NCBI GenBank assembly: GCA_041640575.1
Contig: JBEPZZ010000048.1
Location: 1 to 13,164 of the forward strand
DNA length: 13,164 nt
Reading direction: 5' to 3'
Source of the DNA: Pseudothermotoga sp.
GTDB lineage: Bacteria > Thermotogota > Thermotogae > Thermotogales > DSM-5069
Shown here: in pieces, positions 7,211-13,164 of the stretch
Numbering within the stretch: the first letter of the stretch is position 1
Layout: each line of letters begins with the position of its first letter
Notes under the pieces: generated by a model
The model's database searches: none
The model's input: only the letters and a program-made list of their open reading frames with translations
What the model was told of the DNA's origin: nothing
Translations under genes and position numbers: made by a program

Positions 7211-8278
7211 ATGAAAAAGATAATTCTTTTTTTAGCATTGACTATAGCTGTTGTAGCTTGTGCACAGTTGATAAAGTTGCCGCCATTGAGTCATGTTGTA
7301 GCAGGTAATTTCACAGTCCATTCGATTGAGATCCTGACCAACCCAGAAACTTTCTACGAAGGTGATATGTTATCCATAGGAATCAGAATTAATTTTATGA
7401 GAACTATCGCTGGATCAAACGTTTATTCCTTTGATTTGAAAGAAACAGAAACAAAACTCATGAGTTTAAGACTCATTGGCCTAAAAATTGGTGAAACTCA
7501 TGTCAATCTTCTTTCCTATTTCGGTCCAACCTCTGAATTTCCAAGCGATTATCAATACGGTGGTTTCCAAATCGTGGGCTTTCGTATCACAAAAGCTGAT
7601 TTGGACGCAGGCTATAAGGATATCTGGGGTTGGTCAACAAGTTATCCATTGACATGTCAGGAATTTACAATTCATGTTGATTTGGATATGGAACCTGTCT
7701 ATGGTCAACCTATGGCAGGGTATCATATTGGAACTAGAAAAACCTGGGTTTGTGAGAAACCATTCACATCAGTTCATACAAAAGGAAAATTTGTGGAGAA
7801 AGATGCTAAGGCACAGCAAAGTTTTTACCGATTTGTGAGTATATCTGACGTACTTGTTGAACCGGAACCTTTCCAACGCGGTCAACCACTTAAGATGAAA
7901 GTTTTGGTCAATTCTGAAGAAGTGTCTGGGGAATACGCTGACATGTATATGACTTATAAAATCGAACTTGTATACGAGAGTGGTAAAAGAAGATCTGTGG
8001 ATCACGCCTATGGACATTTTAGCCCAGATGCAGCTATTAGAATCATTTCTAGACCAAAATCCGTCGGTGTACCGTTTCTGCTGTTGGACCGATCCGGGAC
8101 AATAGTTTACACTTTGCCAGAGGAGATAACAATTCCTATGTTTGACTTGCCTGGAGAAAATGCTATTGCAGTTGAGGTTACTTTTTGTGTATACGCAATC
8201 TTAGATGTTGATAGGTGTACTCCTTATATTTTTACAAAGCGTTGGGTTGCAAGAAAAATTTTTGTACCTGAACAATGA
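7211..8278 (+). CDS. Hypothetical exported protein (possible lipoprotein) with two probable beta-sandwich repeats
   Basis: 355-aa ORF with GGGGGTGA SD. Signal peptide MKKIILFLALTIAVVACAQ fits both a lipobox (VVAC) and an SPase I site (ACA-Q). No family recognised. Confidence 0.85.
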   Translation: MKKIILFLALTIAVVACAQLIKLPPLSHVVAGNFTVHSIEILTNPETFYEGDMLSIGIRINFMRTIAGSNVYSFDLKETETKLMSLRLIGLKIGETHVNLLSYFGPTSEFPSDYQYGGFQIVGFRITKADLDAGYKDIWGWSTSYPLTCQEFTIHVDLDMEPVYGQPMAGYHIGTRKTWVCEKPFTSVHTKGKFVEKDAKAQQSFYRFVSISDVLVEPEPFQRGQPLKMKVLVNSEEVSGEYADMYMTYKIELVYESGKRRSVDHAYGHFSPDAAIRIISRPKSVGVPFLLLDRSGTIVYTLPEEITIPMFDLPGENAIAVEVTFCVYAILDVDRCTPYIFTKRWVARKIFVPEQ

Positions 8279-8284
8279 AAATCA

Positions 8285-8330
8285 AGCAAATCTTTATAAC
8301 CAGCTCTAAAGCGAACGATGAAGATTTGCT
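8285..8330. terminator. Stem-loop between convergent genes, possible terminator
   Basis: AGCAAATCTT (8285-8294) and AAGATTTGCT (8321-8330) form a perfect inverted repeat, extendable by 3 pairs with a 20-nt loop. The stem is AT-rich and the U-tails are weak. Confidence 0.4.
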
Positions 8331-8386
8331 ATTTAGTGATTTTCCGAAACCACAAGTTTTAGTCTAGTTTGTAAAGTTATAGTTTT

Positions 8387-9616
8387 TCATGTAGACACTA
8401 TCTTTTTAACTTTTTCCAAAACCTCCTTCGGATTTCTTCCGAAAATTCTTATCATTGCCTCTTTTCCATACCAACCATCGTCCCATATCAAATCTGGGAT
8501 CTTTCCAAGCTTTTCAAAAGCTAGCTTTATCATTAGTTCCATGGAACCTTGATCTTTTCTTGCAAGCTCATCGCTTTCAAGCGAACGATCGTACTTGAAA
8601 ACTAAGAACCCATTCTTCATAGCATTTTCGATATATTTTTTGTCATATTTTATATTTGTTGCACACCTTATGTGTGGAAAAAAACTTTTGGCTGTTAAAA
8701 CCATTCGAGCAGTGTGAGATTTGTCTTTGAAAGAGGCACCAGAAACAGTAGTTGCTCTCCCACAGCACATTCTAATTCGTCCAGGGAATTTTGCAACTTG
8801 TTCCTCAGTTTCGGACCAGTTAAGAGCAAAAGAAATGTTTTGACCAACTTCTGGCACAGTCAGAGGCCCTAACTTCAAAAACTCTTCTAACACTTCTTCA
8901 AGCTGATTTAGAGAGTCGTACTTTTCCCATTCTCTTAGAAGCTTTTCTGTTGCAACGTAGTCTTTTCCTACTGATCTTTCTAGAATTTTTTTAACTAGTT
9001 TTGCAGCTGCGATTATAGCTTCTTTTGGTTCGTAACCTAGATCTAAAAAACCGGCAAAGGCCGATGAAAAGCAACAGCCAGTTCCGTGAAATTTTCCTTC
9101 AATCTTTTCTTCCAAAAAAATCTCGCCATTATATTCAATGATAATCTCATTCTTCTTTCTATGCCCACCCGTAACGATTATTTTTGCTCTCAATGATTCA
9201 ATCAATTCAGTATCAGTATCACGCAGTAGGTCATACTCTTCTGAGTTCATCAGAATATAATCTGAGAACCTAAGATAGGGTAAGATGTCCTTTGGCTTAA
9301 AAAATTTATATCCTGAGCTTGATTTTAAAACGATATTCCAAACTATCGGAATGGTTGGAAATTTGTTTCTAAGTACTTCAACAAAGTTCGGTGGGCAAAG
9401 GCCTACTTTCACAACACTAGGTGTGGGCAAAACTTCTATTTCTGATAGAACAATCTCAACTGGTCTTGGCTGCACAGAAAATACCCTGTTAGAATTTTGC
9501 TTGGTTTCCATAGATATAACCGCAGATGTTTCCAAACCAAGTGCTGAAAGAGTTTTCACATCTTGCAAAATTCCAGCACCACCAGATGGATCGAAACCCG
9601 ACACAACTAGTACCAC
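8387..9616 (-). CDS. thiDN: Fused HMP(-P) kinase / ThiN-type thiamine-phosphate synthase
   Basis: N-terminal SGFDPSGGAGILQD, GGH and HGTGC (ThiD). C-terminal VPEVGQNI, FPGRI, SHTAR and DDGWYGKEAMIRIFG (ThiN). AGGAGG at 9625-9630 places the start at GTG 9616 (MVLVVSGFD). Confidence 0.92.
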   Translation of the reverse strand: MVLVVSGFDPSGGAGILQDVKTLSALGLETSAVISMETKQNSNRVFSVQPRPVEIVLSEIEVLPTPSVVKVGLCPPNFVEVLRNKFPTIPIVWNIVLKSSSGYKFFKPKDILPYLRFSDYILMNSEEYDLLRDTDTELIESLRAKIIVTGGHRKKNEIIIEYNGEIFLEEKIEGKFHGTGCCFSSAFAGFLDLGYEPKEAIIAAAKLVKKILERSVGKDYVATEKLLREWEKYDSLNQLEEVLEEFLKLGPLTVPEVGQNISFALNWSETEEQVAKFPGRIRMCCGRATTVSGASFKDKSHTARMVLTAKSFFPHIRCATNIKYDKKYIENAMKNGFLVFKYDRSLESDELARKDQGSMELMIKLAFEKLGKIPDLIWDDGWYGKEAMIRIFGRNPKEVLEKVKKIVST

Positions 9617-9629
9617 TTTCCGCACCTCC

Positions 9630-10388
9630 TTACAAACTTCCGATATACTCCAATAGTTTTTCGAAGTCTTCAAGGCATTCAGGAGAAGGCTCAAGGACAA
9701 AATCTGCTTTCATTTCTCTTATGAGCTCAAGTAATTGTAGGAATTTTCTTTCTTCTTCCCATGCTTTGTGATGACATTTTACATAGTTAATCTTGTCGGC
9801 GTAATAAATATGAAATTCGGCTATGTATGGCTCAAGCTCTTCCACAAATTTGATATGGTCAAAGCCATAAATTTCGCTATCAATCAAAAGATGCCCTATA
9901 TCTAAGCACATTTTCAGTTTTGTTTTTTCAAGGAAATCTTTAAAGTCGTTTGCTGAATGAAAATAGTTGTTGCCATAAACATTTTCGATTCGAACTTGAA
10001 AATTTTCTTGACTAAAGCTGGAAAATTCGCTAACAACTTGGTCATAAATGGAAAGCCAGTTTTCTTTCTGCTCGGCATTTGGAAAATGTATCACAACGTA
10101 ATCTGCATTGATTCGTTTTGCTAAATTTACGCATTCGAGATTCTTCTCGAAAGTATCACGCCGAAGATATGGATCAAGACTTGTCGGTTGTGGATGAATT
10201 TGTGCATATCTGTACACAAAAGGAGCATGAACACCAAAAGAAGCACGTTTTTTGGTTAGAAAATCCAGTATTTTTTCGATATCTTCAAATTTGAAAAATG
10301 TTAACTCGTAGTGGTCGAAATCTGGAAGTTGATCGATTTTAGAAATATTAGCCCTTATTATGCTGGTAGATAATCCTTTTCTGATCAT
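9630..10388 (-). CDS. Uncharacterised xylose isomerase-like / AP endonuclease 2 family TIM-barrel protein
   Basis: Family pattern VHAP, VVIH, RIENV, CLDIGH, EFHI, HH and VLE. Overlaps the thiC end; AGGAG SD favours ATG 10388. Confidence 0.85.
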   Translation of the reverse strand: MIRKGLSTSIIRANISKIDQLPDFDHYELTFFKFEDIEKILDFLTKKRASFGVHAPFVYRYAQIHPQPTSLDPYLRRDTFEKNLECVNLAKRINADYVVIHFPNAEQKENWLSIYDQVVSEFSSFSQENFQVRIENVYGNNYFHSANDFKDFLEKTKLKMCLDIGHLLIDSEIYGFDHIKFVEELEPYIAEFHIYYADKINYVKCHHKAWEEERKFLQLLELIREMKADFVLEPSPECLEDFEKLLEYIGSL

Positions 10389-11664
10389 CAAAAAACTCCT
10401 TTGTAATTCTTATAGCACAGAATGGTCCACACATTGAGCAGCCTTCTTCGTCATATTTTCTTTTTTCCCACTTTTTCCGTGCGACATTACCCGCAATAGC
10501 GTGTTTAAACATTTCCTCCCAATCCAAATTTGCACGTGCACGTGCCATTTTTTCTTCTAGTAACAAGGCTTTTTCATTCCCTTTTGCCACATCTGCAATC
10601 ACGGCGGCTATCTTTGAAGCTATAATACCCTCCGCAACATCTTCAACGTCTGGTAGAGAAAGATGCTCAGATGGCGTCACGTAACAGAGAAAATCCGCAC
10701 CATAGTAAGCTGCAAGTGCACCACCAACAGCAGAAACCAAATGATCATATCCTGCACCTCGATCTGTTGGCAATGGGCCAAGCAAGAAGATAGGTCTTCC
10801 ACCTGTAGCTTTTTTCATCAATTTTACGTTCATCTCGATTTCATTCAGAGGAACATGACCAGGTCCTTCAATCATTACTTGAACAGCCGCTTCATTTGCT
10901 CTTATAGCAAGTTCCCCAAGAACGAATAGCTCAGAGAACTGTTCCGAATCGGAGGCATCAAGAACTGCTCCTGGCCTTAAGCCATCTCCAAGGCTCAAGG
11001 TTACATCGTAATCTGCAGCTATTTGTAGTATCTCATCAAAATGCTCGTAAAGTGGGTTTTCCTTGTTGTTTGCAATCATCCATCCCGCAATTATTGATCC
11101 TCCACGACTGACAATTTTCATCAATCTTTTACTGGTTTTGACACGTTCTAAAACTTCTTTCGTGATGCCTACATGAATTGTCATGAAATCTATCCCAGCT
11201 TCCGCATGCTTTTTTATCAAATCGATGAAATCCTTTTCCGAAAAGTCAATCACTCTTTTTCCAAGTTTGAAACTCGAAACTGCGGAATCGTAAATTGGTA
11301 CGCTTCCAACTGGTATCGGAGAATTTTCAATAATCAGATCACGACATTTGTCTACATCTCCACCTGTTGAAAGCACCATTATCGTATCCGCACCATAATG
11401 CAAAGCCACTTTAAGTTTTTCTAGTTCTTCATCTATATTTGCATGTGAAACTGAGGTGCCGATGTTTGCATTAACTTTCACAGAAAAACCTTCGCCGATT
11501 ATAACTGGGACTTTGAGATTTTTGTGATTTTTGTTTCTAGGTATGACCGCTTTACCTTGGGCTATTGTTTTCAAGACGGTATCTAAGCTTTTCATTTCCT
11601 GTTCGGCAACGTATATCATCTCCGATGTTGGTTGATTCATCCTTGCAGCTTCTAGTTGTGTCAT
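10348..11664 (-). CDS. thiC: Phosphomethylpyrimidine synthase (radical SAM)
   Basis: Motifs [46 protein letters not shown] and C-terminal CSMCGPFC (CX2CX4C). ATGA overlap with thi4. Confidence 0.97.
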   Translation of the reverse strand: MTQLEAARMNQPTSEMIYVAEQEMKSLDTVLKTIAQGKAVIPRNKNHKNLKVPVIIGEGFSVKVNANIGTSVSHANIDEELEKLKVALHYGADTIMVLSTGGDVDKCRDLIIENSPIPVGSVPIYDSAVSSFKLGKRVIDFSEKDFIDLIKKHAEAGIDFMTIHVGITKEVLERVKTSKRLMKIVSRGGSIIAGWMIANNKENPLYEHFDEILQIAADYDVTLSLGDGLRPGAVLDASDSEQFSELFVLGELAIRANEAAVQVMIEGPGHVPLNEIEMNVKLMKKATGGRPIFLLGPLPTDRGAGYDHLVSAVGGALAAYYGADFLCYVTPSEHLSLPDVEDVAEGIIASKIAAVIADVAKGNEKALLLEEKMARARANLDWEEMFKHAIAGNVARKKWEKRKYDEEGCSMCGPFCAIRITKEFFDDQKRIIYQHNKG

Positions 11665-12467
11665 ATGCTTACTACCTCCTTTCTCAGCTGTGTTATGACG
11701 AGTTCTGCAGCTTTTAAACCAGAACGAATCATTCCTCCAAAAATTGGTCCCATTCTAGGTCCTCCCCCAACACTTACAGCAGCCATACCAATTACGATCA
11801 ATCCTGGATAAATTTCACATGTATTTTCTACGACAAATTTTTCACCTTCTTCAGCATCCATTGGAAATTCATAACCTGCAATTTTGCTATACTCATTGCC
11901 TTTTTCGGAGTCTTTGAGGGTGGCTAAGATTCCACGTTTAGTGAGTAATCTTACTAAATCTGCAGGGTGTCCAGTTCCGTCTACCACGAACTTTGCACCG
12001 ATAGTTATCGGGTCAACATGCAATTTTTCCCTGATGGTAGGTGCCCAGTTTATCACAACTCCGCGGACTCTGCCATCTTTCATAGCAAGATCCTCAACAA
12101 AGATATTGTTGAATATTTTTGCACCGTTCTTCGTTGCGGTGTATATCAGACCGGATGCAAAATGTACAGCATCGACGACGATAAACTCACCAATCCCTTT
12201 ATGATTTATCTTTACTTGGTTGAGAAAATCAGCCAAGTCCTGTTCAAGTATTACTTCGTTGAACATCATTCCTCCACCCCATATTCCACCTCCAGGTGCG
12301 TTCTTTGCCTCGAAAATTGCAACTTTCAAACCTTGTTTTGACAACTCTGAAGCCATTGCAAGACCACTAGGACCAGCGCCGGCAATTGCGACGTCCAAAT
12401 CTAAACACTGTTCTAGTTTTTCGTAAAAACTTTCCAAAATCAACCTTGAAATGATCACATCCTTCAT
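11661..12467 (-). CDS. thi4: Sulfide-dependent (non-Cys) adenosine diphosphate thiazole synthase
   Basis: Motifs [28 protein letters not shown] and [17 protein letters not shown] favours ATG 12467 (MKDVIISR). Confidence 0.95.
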   Translation of the reverse strand: MKDVIISRLILESFYEKLEQCLDLDVAIAGAGPSGLAMASELSKQGLKVAIFEAKNAPGGGIWGGGMMFNEVILEQDLADFLNQVKINHKGIGEFIVVDAVHFASGLIYTATKNGAKIFNNIFVEDLAMKDGRVRGVVINWAPTIREKLHVDPITIGAKFVVDGTGHPADLVRLLTKRGILATLKDSEKGNEYSKIAGYEFPMDAEEGEKFVVENTCEIYPGLIVIGMAAVSVGGGPRMGPIFGGMIRSGLKAAELVITQLRKEVVSI

Positions 12468-12486
12468 CTTTCCAACCTCCTCCAAG

Positions 12487-12512
12487 AAAAAAATCCCTCC
12501 TACGGAGGGATT
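12487..12512 (-). terminator. Riboswitch-controlled intrinsic terminator
   Basis: mRNA AATCCCTCC-GTA-GGAGGGATT followed by a U run, located between the aptamer and the thi4 SD. Confidence 0.88.
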
Positions 12513-12527
12513 AAGTTTTCTTATTTC

Positions 12528-12629
12528 CTCTTCCCAAATCCCTCCGCCGGTATTACCCGGATCAGGTTCAAAGGGTCGAGAGTTGAACTCTCCTCTCAGC
12601 GGATAACATCCGCTCCCCTTTGGGAAGAG
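12528..12629 (-). ncRNA. TPP riboswitch aptamer
   Basis: mRNA GGGGAGC...GCTGAGA...GACCCTTTGAACCTGATCCGGGTAATACCGGCGGAGGGA has the TPP signature motifs. It is closed by CTCTTCCCAAA/TTTGGGAAGAG and lies upstream of the thi operon. Confidence 0.97.
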
Positions 12630-12662
12630 ACAAAATATTAATTTTTAATTTTTTCTGCTTTG

Positions 12663-12693
12663 ATTATACTATATCCGCCGAAAAATCTGTGAA
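12663..12693 (-). promoter_or_regulatory. Candidate thi operon promoter
   Basis: TATAAT at 12668-12663 upstream of the aptamer. TTCACA at 12693-12688 is -35-like, but the spacer is long (19 nt). Confidence 0.4.
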
Positions 12694-12767
12694 CTTATAA
12701 GTGGTCAGACTGATACAATTGATAAGTGATAAACAATTAGGATTTTTCAAAAGTGGGGGGTACAAGA

Positions 12768-13164
12768 ATGTCAAATGTGAAAATAGTTTTTCTCGGTGCT
12801 GGAAGTGTTCGTTACACTTTAGAACTATTTTTGGACATTTGCAAAACAAAGGAGTTAGCTGGTAGTACAGTTTGTCTAATGGACATTGATCAAGAACGGT
12901 TGGACGCCATTTACAATCTTGTTCAAAGAGCAATGCAAGAAATTAGCGCAAATCTTTATATTTGTCGTACCGTCAATTTAGAGAAAGCACTTGAAGGAGC
13001 TGATTTTATCATAAACACAGTTCTTGCCAGAGCATGGAGACATGAAGATGGTTACGTGCAATATGAGATTGTAAGAGATATCGGTGAAAAGCATGGCTAC
13101 TACCGTGGAATTGACAGTCAAGAATTTAACATGGTTTCTGATTATTACACAATCACGAATTTCA
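12768..13164 (+). CDS. Family 4 glycoside hydrolase (NAD+/Mn2+-dependent; alpha-glucuronidase/alpha-glucosidase-like), 5' part
   Basis: Not in the ORF track; translated by hand: MSNVKIVFLGAGSVRYT...LMDIDQERLD...ALEGADFIINT...HEDGYVQYEI...GEKHGYYRGIDSQEFNMVSDYYT. The GAGS Rossmann start and the GYYRGID-QEFNMVS segment match Thermotoga GH4 enzymes as I recall them. GGGGGG SD 7 nt upstream. Confidence 0.92.
   Translation, partial: MSNVKIVFLGAGSVRYTLELFLDICKTKELAGSTVCLMDIDQERLDAIYNLVQRAMQEISANLYICRTVNLEKALEGADFIINTVLARAWRHEDGYVQYEIVRDIGEKHGYYRGIDSQEFNMVSDYYTITNF

Noticed and set aside
7769..12933. Opposite-strand ORFs over the exported-protein gene, the thi genes and the GH4 gene
   Set aside because: Antisense shadows of real coding sequences.
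1..13164. CRISPR arrays, IS elements, tRNA/rRNA, prophage or defence genes
   Set aside because: None seen: no regularly spaced repeats, transposase or integrase motifs, or structural RNA signatures other than the TPP riboswitch.

Overview
AT-rich bacterial DNA, most likely from a Thermotogota genome (inferred from the thi4-thiC-TIM barrel-thiDN operon and a Thermotoga-type GH4 enzyme). It has four parts. (1) A minus-strand shikimate/aromatic operon in exact pathway order: aroF, aroB, aroD (type I), fused aroE-aroK, aroA, aroC and pheA (cut by the window edge). It is preceded by a consensus TTGACA-N17-TATAAT promoter and what looks like a ribosome-dependent attenuator: a 43-codon leader with a YFYYY run plus alternative antiterminator and terminator stems. 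(2) A lone plus-strand secreted or lipoprotein gene with an apparent internal duplication. (3) A minus-strand, TPP-riboswitch-controlled, archaeal-type thiamine operon: His-type thi4, thiC, an uncharacterised metal-binding TIM barrel and thiDN. (4) The 5' end of a divergent GH4 glycosidase gene. The most notable observations are the Tyr/Phe leader-peptide attenuator, the single in-frame TAG between aroD and aroE-aroK (which has no canonical start codon), and the orphan TIM barrel in the thiamine operon.
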